Source: an uncultured bacterium (GTDB lineage: Bacteria; Verrucomicrobiota; Verrucomicrobiia; Limisphaerales; UBA8199). From it: a DNA stretch of 64,000 nt. The position numbers were made by a program, and so were the translations under genes. The notes under the pieces are model-generated. The model had not been told where the DNA came from. It made no database searches and was given only the letters and a program-made list of their open reading frames with translations. The DNA lies in assembly GCA_963749495.1 (NCBI GenBank), contig CAVVMW010000001.1, positions 32,001 to 96,000 of the forward strand. The letters are read 5' to 3'. Shown here piece by piece: positions 1 through 11,674 of this stretch (position 1 is its first letter; each line of letters opens with the position of its first letter).

Positions 1-2308
1 GTCGAACATCCTGGCCAGCATCGGCACATTCAAATCGGCATAATCGTAAACCCGCACCTCGCGTTTGCCGGCGTGCAGCCGGTGCAAGCGCCCGACGTAC
101 TGGGCAATGGTGCCGCGCCAGGACACAGGCAGGGCGAGGAACAACGTATCGAGGCGCGGGTGATCAAAGCCCTCGCCAACGAACTTCCCGGTCGCGAGCA
201 ACACGCATGGCTCTTCCTCGGGAAGGGTGTTCAGTTGGTTCAACGCGTTTTGCAGTTCCTTCTTGCCCATGCCGCCCTGCAGCGTGATCACATGGGGAAC
301 TTGCGGCGCGAGCATCGCGGCCAGTTGCCCCAGGTGCTCCGTGCGCTCCGTCAACAGCAGCGGCTTGCGCCCCTCGCGCACAACCCCAAGCACGTCCTGG
401 CAGATGAGTTGGTTCCGCGCGCAATCCGCGACAAGCGCTTGATAGAGCGCTTGAAACTCCAGGCGCGGGTCATCCTCCGGCGGTTCGCTCATTCGATAAT
501 TCGTCGGCCGCACAACCACGATGTGCGCGAACGGGCGCGCTGCCGCCTGTTCTTTGGCATTCACGCGGTAGCGAATCGGGCCGCACTGCATGAAGATGAT
601 TGGATGATGCCCGTCTTTGCGGGTAACCGTGGCCGACAAGCCGGCCACGTAACGCGCTTTGGCTCGTCGCGCGACCAGTTCAAAACTCCTCGCCGATAAG
701 TGATGGCACTCATCAACCACCAAATGGCCGTAATTTGCGACCAGGTCGTTTACAATCCCCTTGCGCACAAGGCTCTGCACGAGCGCCACATCAATGACTC
801 CGGTAATCTTCCTGCGCCCTCCGCCGATCTTGCCGATCTCCTCTTTCGATAGGCCCAAAAAAGTTGACAACCGTTCCACCCATTGTTCGAGCAGTTGCTG
901 TCGATGCACCAGAATGAGCGTGTTGCGGCCTCGTTGCGCGATGAGCCACGCGGCCACGACGGTTTTGCCGAAGGCAGTGGTTGCCGCCAGGACGCCGGTG
1001 TCGTGCGCCAACATCGCCCTGGCTGCGGTCATCTGCTCGGGCCGCAGTTCCCCTTGAAAGGAAAATGCTGCCGGCGTTCCGCCGGACCGCTCGTCACGCA
1101 CCACTGGTTGGATCTTCAACCGCTCCAAAGAGTCTTTCACGTCGTCCAGCAGCCCGCGAGGGAGGCACAGATGCTGAGGATGCTCTTCCGCGCATTGGAT
1201 AATTCGCGGTTTGTCATAGACCGGCAGGCGCATGGACTGAGCACGGTAAAATTCCGGGTTTTGGAATGCCGCCAACCGCATTAGCCGGTTGCGCAGCGCC
1301 GGCGGCAGATTCTCCTTGCCGATATAGATCTGATCACCCAACACCAACTCCACCCGCTCGGGCAAGGGCTCCAAAATGGGCGGCTCCATTCGCCGGCGCG
1401 ATGGCGGGGCCGTCCACGGTTGGTCGTCATCCGCCTCCAAGGCCAGCACTGGGCGAACGCCTGTGATCCTGCCTTTGCTTTCGGCCTCTCGCACGATCGC
1501 CTCGCAGCGCCCTTTGCTCATCCGGCCAACTGAAGCCAGAAATGCCCACTGATCCGCACACGGCTCCAACTGATCATCGAGGAAAACGCTGTTGCCGCGG
1601 CCCCTGGGCTGTTTCTGCAGCGGCAGCGCGATCAGATTTCCAAACCCGCCTTTGGGCAACGTGTCCTGGTTCGGGAAATAGCCGGTCATAGGAATCCAAC
1701 CCAACGTCCGGCCGCTGTTCCATTGCCTCGGTCAAAAGAAAGGAGCCCAGATTGCGCGCCAGGCGGGCCGGCACCGCCTCCGCAAAGAAGACCCAAAGGT
1801 GCGCCCCGTTGCCTGAGCGTGAACGTTCCAACGCCGCCGGCACTGCCCAGGTTCGGCAGCTTTGCAGAACCGCTTCCGCGTCCTTCTGCCACTCCCGGCC
1901 GTCGAAGTCCACTGCCAGGAAATAGCAGCTCTCATCCTGGAGCATCGGATAAACGCCGATGACAAAGTCTCGCCCCCGGTCGTCCTTTCCGGAAAGGTGC
2001 CGCCGAATGACCTCGTCGGTCACCGGCAACAACCGGCGGTGAGGGCAAACCCCACACTTGACGCGCGGCTTCTCACAAAGGCCGCGCACCCACTCGTTGG
2101 CGCAGGCGGGAGCATAGCCGCTGCGGCCGGTCCTTCGGCTTTCGAAGCGGATCGGATACACATCCTCCCTCCCCCGGAACAAAGACCGAAACAATGCGAT
2201 TTTGGCTGCCGGTTCCGAGGCATTTGTGACCAAGCCATTTTGTCCGGCCGCCACCGCGGGCCCTCCTGTCCCACCGCCCGCCACGGATTCTGCCACGTTT
2301 GCGTTCAC
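1..2308 (-). CDS. TOTE-type archaeo-eukaryotic primase domain + SF2 (DEAD/DEAH) helicase; runs off window start; frameshift near 1670
   Basis: N-terminal LFRSLFRGREDVY..GYAPACANEW..FLAVDFD..ERSRSGNGAHLW..DSYDRLFP; the other frame continues NQDTLPKGGFGNLIALPLQ..AAFQNPEFY..GVLAATTAFGKTV (Walker A) to the window edge. Confidence 0.85.
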
Positions 2309-2480
2309 CCCGGCACAGTAAAAGCAAACCCACGCGCTGTTGATGGCAACCAAATGCTCCTGGCACGCTTTCTCCTCGGCGGCGTCCCGCGCCTCTTTGG
2401 AGCAGTTGTGGCGAGTATCTGAAGCCGGCGGTTGGAGAGTTGGCTGGACAACGGCGGGCAAAAACCGCTATGTTGTGCTC

Positions 2481-2696
2481 ATGAAAAACCTGTTCACGGC
2501 TTTCATCGAGAAAGGGGAGGAATTTCTTGTCGCGACCAGCCCTGAGGTGCCCGAAGCCGCCGGCCAGGGGATCACACGCGAGGAAGCCCTGCGAAATCTC
2601 GCGGGTTCCATTCGAAGTGTGCTCGAGTACCGCCGGGAAGAGGCCCTGTCGCGACTGGCCGCCGGTGTGGAGAGGACCGTCGTCGAGGTGCCGTGA
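2481..2696 (+). CDS. hicB: HicB-family antitoxin
   Basis: MKNLFTAFIEKGEEFLVATSPEVPEAAGQGITREEALRNL; GTGA overlap with the next ORF. Confidence 0.8.
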   Translation: MKNLFTAFIEKGEEFLVATSPEVPEAAGQGITREEALRNLAGSIRSVLEYRREEALSRLAAGVERTVVEVP

Positions 2697-2800
2697 AGCG
2701 GCGCGACTTGCTGCGGCATCTCGAAGCTCACGGGTGCTTTCTTGCCCGCGACACTGGACCGCATTCGATCTGGAAGAATCCGGGCACCAAGAAATCCTAA
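2693..2800 (+). pseudogene. hicA: HicA-family toxin, C-terminally truncated (35 aa)
   Basis: VKRRDLLRHLEAHGCFLARDTGPHSIWKNPGTKKS*; lacks the VPRH..I..I C-terminal half present in the paralog at 49403-49588. Confidence 0.7.
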
Positions 2801-2955
2801 TTGACTTCGTCCACCGTGCCGGCGGCAAAGCCTCGCGTCTCCAATTGGTGAAGTGGCTTTTCCTGCTGGCCCAGGACGCCCAAGCGCAGGTGTCCGCCGC
2901 CCATTACCAGTTCGTGCCATACAAGTTCGGGCCGTTCTCCTTTACACTGTACCAG
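2795..2955 (+). pseudogene. N-terminal fragment of a SocA/Panacea-like (DUF488-associated) protein
   Basis: ILIDFVHRAGGKASRLQLVKWLFLL..YQFVPYKFGPFSFTLYQ; no start codon, and similarity stops abruptly. Confidence 0.5.
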
Positions 2956-3094
2956 GCCGCCGCTCCGAGCGGCGGCCTGGCCTCGGTTGGGTTCGGCAAG
3001 TTTTTCAAGCGACGGGAGGGGACACGTTTCCCGGTTGCTGCCGGGTGGACCGCTTCTGCCTCGGTCATCCCGTAGGCGTCTCGTGCCAGCGTAG

Positions 3095-3185
3095 GGCGCG
3101 GGGAGGAGAACGTCTCCATCGACAGCCTGATGCGGATTGCCAAGGCGCTGAAGGTTGCCCTCCACGACCTTGTTGCCGCATTTGA
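3095..3185 (+). pseudogene. C-terminal fragment of an XRE-family HTH regulator
   Basis: [26 protein letters not shown] resembles the XRE C-terminal helices. Confidence 0.5.
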
Positions 3186-3269
3186 GCCGGCATGGGCCGG
3201 ACGGTCCGCGGGGCCGGCGCACCACGGGCGGCGATGCCAGGCCCTGGAGCGCAACCCAGGCCAGGCCAG

Positions 3270-3510
3270 ACCACGCTCCGCGAGACGCTGGGCCAGCCGG
3301 GTGCTGGTCCTCACCGGCGAGCCGGTGGTGGGCAGGACCACGCTGATCAACGCCATCCTGCTCATCCTGCGGGCCAAGAAGGTGCGATGCCCCCTATGCG
3401 CCCCCACCGGTCGTGCCGCCAAGCGCCTCTCTGAAGCGACCGGCAGGGAGGCCAAGACGATTCACCGGCTGTTGGAAGTCCAGCCCGCCACGGGCGCTTT
3501 TACGCGCAGC
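3270..3510 (+). pseudogene. recD2: RecD2/TraA-like SF1B helicase fragment (degenerate Walker A region)
   Basis: [47 protein letters not shown]. Confidence 0.75.
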
Positions 3511-3521
3511 CACGTCGTTCG

Positions 3522-4421
3522 TTAGCGGCAAGTAACTCGGCATGACGGTGCAAATTCAACGTCAAGCTTGTATTGAAATATCTCCACGCGGGGACATTTC
3601 TGAGCTTCGCGCCAGACCTTCCCATCAACCGCCCTGGCTCCGCCATGCACCAGCATCCCGCTTGCCTGCTCACCTGTCAGATTCTTCAAGGTTTTGATGT
3701 AGTGCCGTACCTGCTGAATCGCCCCCTCATCGGGGGATTCTCGTTTGCATTCGACAATTACAGGCTTGTCATCCGCATCGAGCAACAGCACGTCCGCCCG
3801 CGAACCATCGGCAAGCACCCTTTCGCGAATCTTCTCGTTCGGATACGGCTCCAAACCGTCTTTAAGTCTGTGAGGGTACAGGGCGATGTAGTCGGATAAC
3901 GCCCGCTCGTACCCGAAGCGTCCAACCATTCCCACCCAATTGGCCTGGTTAGCGATGACGCCTCGAAACCACTTGACCGGGTGGTGGTCGACACGGGTCA
4001 TAGTTCCGCGCCCCAGGTTAACGCCTTCGGGAAGCTGAGCCACCAAGTCCGGGCTGTCCGGGGCATCTTCGAGTTCCCAGTGGACGAATATCCTTCGTCC
4101 CATATACCCCTCCTTCCAGTCGGAGTCACCAGGAACCAGCGGCTCCCACTCCTTGTCTCTAACCCGCTTACTGAGCACCTTGCCGATTCTGCCAACCCGA
4201 CACCATGGGAGCGCGACCACGATTAGGTCATCGGGCTGAATCTCCTGTAGTGCGTTTCTGGTTGCCATCCAGTCATGCCCTCCTTTCGTCCTGCCCTCAA
4301 GGTGGCATCCCTCCTCGGTCGAATGGCCGTCCGTGACGCACTGATGCCTGAACCACAGCCGCCAGAGGCCGGGGTGATTGTTCTCCATGCATGTAATCTT
4401 CCAAAAGGTTGGTGTGCTCAT
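3522..4421 (-). CDS. Putative endonuclease: N-terminal putative recognition domain + C-terminal NucS-like PD-(D/E)XK domain
   Basis: C-terminus [38 protein letters not shown]; start taken at [10 protein letters not shown]; visibly lower GC than flanks. Confidence 0.7.
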   Translation of the reverse strand: MSTPTFWKITCMENNHPGLWRLWFRHQCVTDGHSTEEGCHLEGRTKGGHDWMATRNALQEIQPDDLIVVALPWCRVGRIGKVLSKRVRDKEWEPLVPGDSDWKEGYMGRRIFVHWELEDAPDSPDLVAQLPEGVNLGRGTMTRVDHHPVKWFRGVIANQANWVGMVGRFGYERALSDYIALYPHRLKDGLEPYPNEKIRERVLADGSRADVLLLDADDKPVIVECKRESPDEGAIQQVRHYIKTLKNLTGEQASGMLVHGGARAVDGKVWREAQKCPRVEIFQYKLDVEFAPSCRVTCR

Positions 4422-4537
4422 AATTTTACGGACTAACGTGCTTGATTCGCATATTGAGCCAATCGAATGTGAGACGCAAACTCTCTTCTCCATATGGTGT
4501 GTAATCGCCGCCACAGTTTGGTAAACCATGCAGGAAC

Positions 4538-4765
4538 CCTCAATGGTCGATGTACCGCTGATGAGCCACCTGCTCCGCGCCATGCCGCCATGTGCCAGCC
4601 TCCTGCTCGTGCGCGACGTTGACCAGTTGCCCTCGGTCGAGCCCGGAATGCGCTGGCCATTATCGTTGACAGCGGCGTCATGCCGGTCGTGCGGCTGACG
4701 GAGGTCTTCCGGCACGCGGCGCCCAGCCGGATTGTCACCACTTCGCACACGATCAACAAGTTGCC
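4538..4765 (+). pseudogene. recD2: Second RecD2-like helicase fragment (Walker B to motif IV region), degenerate
   Basis: [36 protein letters not shown] ... [24 protein letters not shown]. Confidence 0.7.
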
Positions 4766-5053
4766 AGACCGCCGCCGCCTTTGTTCCCGCCTCGGGCCGT
4801 TGCTCCATCTAGTTGCGGCCCGCCAAAATCGGGTTTGCGGCCCGCCGCCCTCGTCTGCGGCCCCAAGAAGCGGCCCAAGCGTCCAAGCCATGGCCATGGC
4901 CAAGCGGGAGCGTCCAGAGGCCGTCGTGGTGCATGGTCAGGCGGAGTAGATCGTGCAACTGGCTGGAGCAGCGCATTGCCGGCGACGCGGCGCTCGCGCT
5001 CGCGGCACATTCGCCGTGGGGTCAGAACAAAAACGGGGCGCCGTTTGGGGTCC

Positions 5054-5566
5054 TCAGACCTCCTGAGCCAAAGCCTCCTGGATCGTCGCCACCGGCAGGA
5101 ATAGCTCCAGTTCATTAGAGGGCAAGGCCACAAAACCAAAATGCTCGTAAAAGGCCTTTGCCTTCTGGTCTTTGGCGTCCACGAAAAGCCCGATGCCACC
5201 AGCCGTGTTGAAGATTTCAATGAATTTCTTCATCGCCGCGACCAGCAAAATTCTTCCGAGGCCCTGTCCATGGAGGTTTCTGGCGATGGCCAACCGGCCC
5301 AGGCGGACCCCCGAGACATCACGCGGCAATTTCCTTGCCTCCTCCGCCGAAAGTGACTCCGACCTTATCTGACAAAGGTTCAGCGAGAAAAAGCCGAGGA
5401 TGGGTTTGAGCTCGGAAGCGGCTTCATCCACTAGAACGAACGTACGGGAGATACCCCGCGTCGCGTGTTGCCGCGCCGTTTGTTTGAGAAACAGGTTCAG
5501 CGGCTCGCTTCCGCAATCAAAGCCGTCGCGGTCATGGAACGTCGCTAGCGGCTCAATTTTACGCAC
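5054..5566 (-). CDS. GNAT acetyltransferase toxin (AtaT/TacT-like)
   Basis: HDRDGFDCGSEPLNLFLKQTARQH..LGRLAIARNLHGQGLG..LFVDAKDQKAKAFYEHFGF. Confidence 0.9.
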   Translation of the reverse strand: MRKIEPLATFHDRDGFDCGSEPLNLFLKQTARQHATRGISRTFVLVDEAASELKPILGFFSLNLCQIRSESLSAEEARKLPRDVSGVRLGRLAIARNLHGQGLGRILLVAAMKKFIEIFNTAGGIGLFVDAKDQKAKAFYEHFGFVALPSNELELFLPVATIQEALAQEV

Positions 5567-5843
5567 GGACGGAGCCTTTAAACGCTTTTACGGCCTCTTT
5601 CAGGGCCTTGCCGGGTTTCGGCGGAGAGTCGAGCAAAGAGAGCAGCTTGCGGGCGTCCTTTTGGGAAAGCCGGATAACGGACTCACGCTCCAAGATGCGC
5701 TGGGCTTCCTGATATGCTGTTTGCACAATGAACTGATTGACAGTTGCGCCCAAAAGCTCCGCTGCCTGCTCCAACGTCGCCCGGACGTTTTCTGAAACTC
5801 GCGCAGTGATCCGCTTGCGAGATTCTTCCATTACATGTTCCAT
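5559..5843 (-). CDS. DUF1778 (RHH) antitoxin
   Basis: RITARVSENVRATLEQAAELLGATVNQFIVQTAYQEAQRILERE..LLDSPPKPGKALKEA; overlaps the GNAT start. Confidence 0.88.
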   Translation of the reverse strand: MEHVMEESRKRITARVSENVRATLEQAAELLGATVNQFIVQTAYQEAQRILERESVIRLSQKDARKLLSLLDSPPKPGKALKEAVKAFKGSVRA

Positions 5844-5912
5844 ACGCACATGGTGCCATTGTGGCACCACGATGTCAACTCCGAGAACGAGCCGGCCCGG
5901 CAGATGCTTTTC

Positions 5913-6097
5913 ATCCCGGAGGGATGCCTGAGAATAGCCCAACGCTTCAGCGTTGGGTGGTGGGACCGAGGCGGTCACGTCCCGAAGGGACGGCCGAAAT
6001 GTCGGGCCGCTCAGCCGTCCCTTCGGGACTGGACCGTTTTGGGGCATGCCAACTCAATGCTGAAGCATTGGGCCATTCTCATGGGTCCCTCCGGGAC
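5913..6097. repeat. REP/BIME-like nested palindromic element
   Basis: atcccggagggat...ccctccgggac outer arms; gtcccgaagggacggc / gccgtcccttcgggac inner arms; cccaacgcttcagcgttggg hairpin. Confidence 0.75.
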
Positions 6098-6259
6098 AGC
6101 GATCCATCGGGACGCTTTGGCTGCGTACGCCGACAGGAAAATCGGAATTAGTTCTTGCACGGACGCTAAGCGCTCCCTTGCCCGGGGGATACGCCTGTGA
6201 TACAACCTCGGCGCATGAAACGAGGCAACTCTTCAGCTCGCGGTGAAAAGTGCCGTCGG

Positions 6260-6333
6260 ATAGGAGCGCGGACGCCTCGTTCGCGCGGCTCTGGCGGCAA
6301 AACAACGCGCGGACGGTGCGTCCGCGCTCCTAT
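6260..6333. repeat. REP-like palindrome (family also at 25377-25451 and a partial copy at ~37597-37627)
   Basis: ataggagcgcggacgc...gcgtccgcgctcctat inverted arms. Confidence 0.75.
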
Positions 6334-6443
6334 GCACGAACAGTTACGAAACGAGATGAGAGTGCCTGTCATTTTACTTGCGTGGACATTCAACGCAGGA
6401 TTTGAACGGAAACCGCCGTCGCTTTCGCGCACGCCTCAGCAGC

Positions 6444-7628
6444 ATGAAGACTCAGGCCACAAGCCCGAAATCCTCCCCACGGCCTTGGTTTGAGGTGGAG
6501 GACGCGGCCTCAATCGCCTCCCCGGCGCTGCTGGTCTATCGCAGCCGCGTCGAGGAGAACCTGAAGCGGATGCTCGCCATTGCCGGCGGTCCCGCGCGCC
6601 TGAGGCCCCACATCAAGACTCACAAGATGAGGGAGATGATCCAACTCCAGCTTGCGTTGGGCATCACGAAGTTCAAATGCGCCACGCTCGCGGAAGCGGC
6701 CATGGCGGCCCGCGCGGGAGTCCCTGATTTGTTGGTGGCCTGCCAACCGGTCGGGCCAAACATCCAAGGAATGGCCGCCCTGCTCAAAGCTTTCCCGCGC
6801 ACGAAATTCTCGGTCTTGTGCGATGATGCCGGCGTGATGCGCGAATTGTCCAAGACCATGAGCGGCTTGAACCGGGCGGGGCAAAAGAAAGCCCGGGAAG
6901 CGGCGCAGCTCGATGTCCTCCTGGATCTGGACGTTGGCCAGCATCGCACGGGTGTGCCGGCCGACGCCAAAGCGGCGGAGCTTTACGGCTTGTTGGCCTC
7001 GCTGCCCGGACTGCGGGCGGGAGGGCTTCACGCCTACGATGGCCATATCGGCGACTCGGATCCAGCCAGGCGAGCGGCGGCGTGCGAATCGGCTTTCCTG
7101 CCGGTGCTCGCGCTGCGGCGGCAGTTGATGGCTGCGGGTTTGCCCGTGCCGCGCCTGGTCGCGGGCGGGACGCCGACTTTCCCGATTCACGCGCGCCGCG
7201 GCGATGTGGAGTGCAGCCCAGGCACTTGTGTTTTTTGGGATGCCGGTTACGCGGCCAAGCTGCCGGACTTGCCGTTTTTGCCCGCTGCCCTGGTATTGAC
7301 CCGGGTCATCAGCAGGCCCGGCCCAAACCGGCTTTGTCTGGACTTGGGCCACAAGTCCATCGCCGCCGAGATGCCCCCGCCGCGAGTCCGGTTCCTGAAC
7401 CTGGAGGATGCCAAGCCGGTGTTGCACAGCGAGGAACACCTGGTCATCGAAACGCCGCGGAGCAGCGACTTTAACCCTGGAGACTGCGTCTATGGTGTGC
7501 CGTGGCACATCTGCCCTACCGTGGCGCTGCATGCGGAGGCCGTGCTCATCGAGAACGGAATGAGCGCCGGCCGGTGGCCCGTAGCCGCCCGCGATCGCCG
7601 GCTGGGCATAGGAACAGAACTTGAATAA
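6444..7628 (+). CDS. D-TA family PLP-dependent enzyme (D-threonine aldolase/DSD1-like)
   Basis: SPALLVY..LRPHIKTHK..GLHAYDGH..GGTPTF..HSEEHL..HICPTVALH. Confidence 0.88.
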   Translation: MKTQATSPKSSPRPWFEVEDAASIASPALLVYRSRVEENLKRMLAIAGGPARLRPHIKTHKMREMIQLQLALGITKFKCATLAEAAMAARAGVPDLLVACQPVGPNIQGMAALLKAFPRTKFSVLCDDAGVMRELSKTMSGLNRAGQKKAREAAQLDVLLDLDVGQHRTGVPADAKAAELYGLLASLPGLRAGGLHAYDGHIGDSDPARRAAACESAFLPVLALRRQLMAAGLPVPRLVAGGTPTFPIHARRGDVECSPGTCVFWDAGYAAKLPDLPFLPAALVLTRVISRPGPNRLCLDLGHKSIAAEMPPPRVRFLNLEDAKPVLHSEEHLVIETPRSSDFNPGDCVYGVPWHICPTVALHAEAVLIENGMSAGRWPVAARDRRLGIGTELE

Positions 7629-9385
7629 TCTTGCAACCTTGCCGCGCAGTTTACTTGAATGATCCCATGAATGCTTCGGGGCATAAGAATGCCGCGCTCC
7701 GCGCGGGACAAACAGGATTTGGGGGCTGTGTCCGGTTGCGCCCGGCGCGGGCGGGCGCCATGATCTTGTTTGCAGGCTTGCTTCTGGCCGTGCGCGGCAC
7801 GGCAGCAGAGCAGAATCTCCTGAAGAATCCAGGGTTCGAAGAGGCTGCTCCAGGCACGGATAATCCACCAAATTGGACCACGTCGGCTGGCAGCGCGCGC
7901 AAAGCCACGGTCACGAGCACGGGGGCCCATGAAGGCCGCAATGCCATTGCAATCCCGGCGCGCACTGCCGTCGAACAGAAGGTTGACTCAGTCCTGCCGG
8001 GGGCTTATCTGGCCCGCTGCTGGGTCAAATCCGAATCCGAGCAGCCGATCACCTTCCTGCTTTGGGATTCCGACCGGCCCTGGGCCTCCTATACTTGCGC
8101 CGAAATCAATGTGCCCAGGGATCAATGGGTGCGCATCGAGGCCTTCTGTGCCCTGGACCGGAGCGGATCGCTGACTCTCACGTTGGGGGGCATGTCGCAG
8201 GAATTTCGTTTTTACCACGGCGTTGGCGGGGAAATGGGCTCGCCGATTATGGCCGACAATTTCGAGTTGATCCGTTGCCAGCCCAAGCCACCCGCCGGGC
8301 TCGCGCCACTCGCGGCGTGGGATGCGAAACAGGAAGCGGGCGGCACGGTCGATTGGTCCGCCAAAGAGCAGTGGTCCCCGGTCGAGGGCCCAGCGCACAC
8401 CTTTGCTGGAACTCCGGTTATCCAGGGCGGGCATCTCGCCGGCACTGTGCGCAAAGAGGACGGCGGGTTGGCCATCTATTCGGTGCAGGCAGGCGGACTT
8501 AAGCCGCGAGGCGTCATCGCTCCCTTGCCCGCCCTCGGGGCGCCCAAGTGCTCCCTGGTGCAAACCAACGGCCGATGGGGCATTCGTGTGAGCTCCGAAG
8601 CGGGAGACCGCTTCTACATCGCCTGGTTTACGCCCAAGGGCCTGATAAGCGTGGAAGCCAACCAGGTGCCGCGTTTCCAGGTGCAGGACTGCCGGCTGCG
8701 CTATGGTCTTCTGCCTTCTTTTGCCGGAACGGACATTTGCTACGCTCCTCAGAAGATGCCCGCCGGGAAGGAATTCAGCATCCCTTCCACCCAGTGGTTT
8801 GTTGGGTTGGTGGACGGCAGGGAGAGCATGCTCGTGGCCGTCTGGGAGACCGGCTCGCAGGCGGTCTCCCTGGGCCTGTCGGGCGCAGGGGAAAACCGCC
8901 TGATTGATTCGCTGTCAATTGCGGCGGGAACAAATGGATTTTCGCTTTCATTTGTCGAGCACACCGGCCTCTGGCACCAGGAATTGCTCAAGGAAGATTG
9001 GCTCGGGGAATACGTCCCCATCGGATGGGAGCGCCCGTTCCCGGCCCGCTGGACGGGCCACTTTTTTGTGACCCCGGGCGGCGCGCCTTCTTTTCGCCAG
9101 CCGTGCATGGATTACTCGTTCCCCATCGCCTACGCCAAGACGAGGATGTGGGGTGTCTGGTTCGAGGACTGGAACCACTATCCTTTCTTCTTCGATGGGC
9201 CACGCACCATATTCCATTTCGAGAAAACTTTCATCCCGAATGGCGAGGCGCTTATCTATTTCCTCGAACCGGCGGCCGCAGATTGCTATTCGCCCTGCGA
9301 GATCGTCGAGCAGGTCCTGGGCGCGGACAAAGCGGCGGCATTGTTCGATGTTGACGCCAACAGGATTAGAAAACTGAAGTATTCC

Positions 9386-11064
9386 GGGTCCCCCGCACAA
9401 TTTGTGGGTGAAACATCTGGACACGTGTTCAGTTCGGAGGGTTGACGTTGGTGAGTTGGGCGGTCGTGGAACATCCCGCGGCACGCTCCGCGACGAATCG
9501 AGCGGCCTAACGGCCGGAGAAGGACTTCAAGCAATTCCGGCGCGGCCAGGGTATGGCTCCGGGCGGGGCTGTCAAGGTATTGCTCGCCACGTGCCCTCGT
9601 GCCCTGCTGCGCTCCACCTTGACAGCCCCGCCCTCCGCCATGATGCGCCGCTAAGGAATTGCTGGTGAAGGTGTGCTTGGCTCGGAGGGCTGCCCAGCGC
9701 CACAAAGCGATAGCTGATCTGCCTGGCTTGCGGTAGCCTGCGAGATGTGAAAAGCACGCCCGCCACCGAGCGGCAGACCAGCTATGCAATTGAAGGTTAA
9801 GACGGTTCTCAACGACATTCAACACTTTGTGGGCTTCGTTTACCAGGACATCCGCTTGTGCCGGGACCGCCGAGGCCGTGGCCGGCGGCTCGAAATCACC
9901 CTCCAACCCCATGGCGGCATTCCCGCCAAGTGCTCCCGGTGCCTGCAGCCAGTCCCCGGCTATGATCAGTTGCCCCAGCGGTCCTGGCTGTTTCCGCCGA
10001 TGTGGGGCGTCAAGACCTATTTCCTCTACCCCCCGCGGCGGGTCAATTGTCCGCAGGACGGGGTGGTCGTCGAGCATATCCCCTGGAGCCAGGGCAAGCG
10101 GCCGGTGACGACGGCGATGATGGGCCTCTTGGCCCGGTGGGCCCGGCGGCTGTCCTGGAAGGAAACCGCCCAGGCCTTCCACACCAGTTGGGAGGCCGTT
10201 TACCGTTCGGTGCAGTGGTTCGTCCAATGGGGTTTGGAGCACCGGCGCCTGGAGGGTGTGGAGGCCATCGGAGTGGACGAGATCCATTGGGGCAAGGGCC
10301 AGAAGGCCGACAACTTCCTGACGGTGATTTACCAGATTGACCCCCACTGTCGGCGCTTGCTGTGGCTGGGTCGGCGGCGCACTCAAGCCACGTTGCGGCG
10401 GGGCTTGGCAGAATTGGGAGCCCCGGTGGTCAGCGCTCTGAAGTATGTGTGCAGCGACATGTGGAAGCCCTACCTGAAGGTGATCGCGGCCAAGATACCG
10501 CAGGCGCTCAACGTGCTGGACCGCTTTCATATCGTGGGGCACCTCAACGAGGCGGTGGACGAGGTGCGCCGGGGCGAGCAGTCGCGCTTGCACGGCCGGC
10601 CCCTGGCTCAGCGGCTCAAGGGCATGCGCTGGCAGTTGTTGCGCCGGGGCAGCCGGGTGCGGGGCCGTGCCCGCTCCAAGCTCAACGCCCTGTTGGCCAG
10701 CAAGCTGGCGACGGCACGGGCCTGGAACCTCAAGGAGAGCTTCGACTACCTTTGGCACTACCGTTCTCCGATCTATGTGGTGGCCTATCTGGGTTATTGG
10801 TGCGCTCGAGCCATGCGCAGCCGGCTCGAACCAATGAAGAAGGTGGCCCGGATGCTGCGCGCCCATGAGCCGTTGATCTTGAATTGGTTCGAGGCCAAAG
10901 GTGAGCTCTCCAGCGCCGCCGTCGAGGGCCTGAACAACAAGATTCGAGTGGTAACCAGACGATCTTACGGCTTCCGCACCTATCCAGCCATGGAATTGGC
11001 CCTGTATCATTGCCTTGGCCGCTTACCTGAGCCTCGACTTACCCATACATTCTGCTGACCAGTC
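9386..11064 (+). mobile_element. ISL3-family insertion sequence
   Basis: 8-bp TSD AGTATTCC (9378-9385 and 11065-11072); imperfect terminal IRs (..gcacaatttgtgggtga / tacccatacattctgc..). Confidence 0.9.
9784..11058 (+). CDS. ISL3-family transposase
   Basis: Zn-finger C..C; IGVDEIHW; VCSDMWKPY; LDRFHIV; VEGLNNKIRVVTRRSYGFR. Confidence 0.95.
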   Translation: MQLKVKTVLNDIQHFVGFVYQDIRLCRDRRGRGRRLEITLQPHGGIPAKCSRCLQPVPGYDQLPQRSWLFPPMWGVKTYFLYPPRRVNCPQDGVVVEHIPWSQGKRPVTTAMMGLLARWARRLSWKETAQAFHTSWEAVYRSVQWFVQWGLEHRRLEGVEAIGVDEIHWGKGQKADNFLTVIYQIDPHCRRLLWLGRRRTQATLRRGLAELGAPVVSALKYVCSDMWKPYLKVIAAKIPQALNVLDRFHIVGHLNEAVDEVRRGEQSRLHGRPLAQRLKGMRWQLLRRGSRVRGRARSKLNALLASKLATARAWNLKESFDYLWHYRSPIYVVAYLGYWCARAMRSRLEPMKKVARMLRAHEPLILNWFEAKGELSSAAVEGLNNKIRVVTRRSYGFRTYPAMELALYHCLGRLPEPRLTHTFC

Positions 11065-11674
11065 AGTATTCCACGCCCGACGAATTCCTGTACGACCGGC
11101 CGGTTTGCGCCACGACCACACGCCTTTCGAGGATCAAGCATGAGGAAAAGGCAACCGTGGGGGTGAACCTCGCCACCCACCTCTATGAATTCATCCGCGA
11201 GATTCGCGGCCGCGTTGACCAATACGGGGCCTTCTTCGGCCAGATGAAGGACTACTTGGCGACCGAACAAAAGGCGCACCCGGAGCTGCGGGATTATCTC
11301 GCCGAGCTGGAGGGCATGGTCGCCCAGGCCCAATCCAGGTCCAAGGAGATCTATGCGACGCCCCTCCCCTCGGTGCAAAAAAAGACCGACGCCATGAAGA
11401 CGCTTTTGCGGGAGGGCAAAGGCGACGGCTTCGATTGCGGCAACCTGGACGTGCGAGGCACGGCCGGCTCGCAGGACGACCTTTGCCGCCATTACAACCG
11501 GCTGGTGATGAGGCTCGAGCAAACGGCCGCCTTGAAATGCGGGGATTCCCCTGAAAAGGCGGCTGTCGCCAAACACATCTGGGATCAATCGCGCTCGGTC
11601 CTGGGGCAGCCGACTCGCTGGGAGTCGCGCCGCACGCTCTACTTCTTCGAGCCGTAATCTGAACCGTTGCGGAT

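Larger units (their letters stand above)
7760..11657 (+). pseudogene. Secreted protein with an N-terminal carbohydrate-binding-like domain, interrupted by ISL3
   Basis: Signal peptide + QNLLKNPGFEE; removing 9386-11072 rejoins ..KLKYS|TPDEFLYDRPVC.. in frame to the stop at 11657; start uncertain. Confidence 0.75.
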
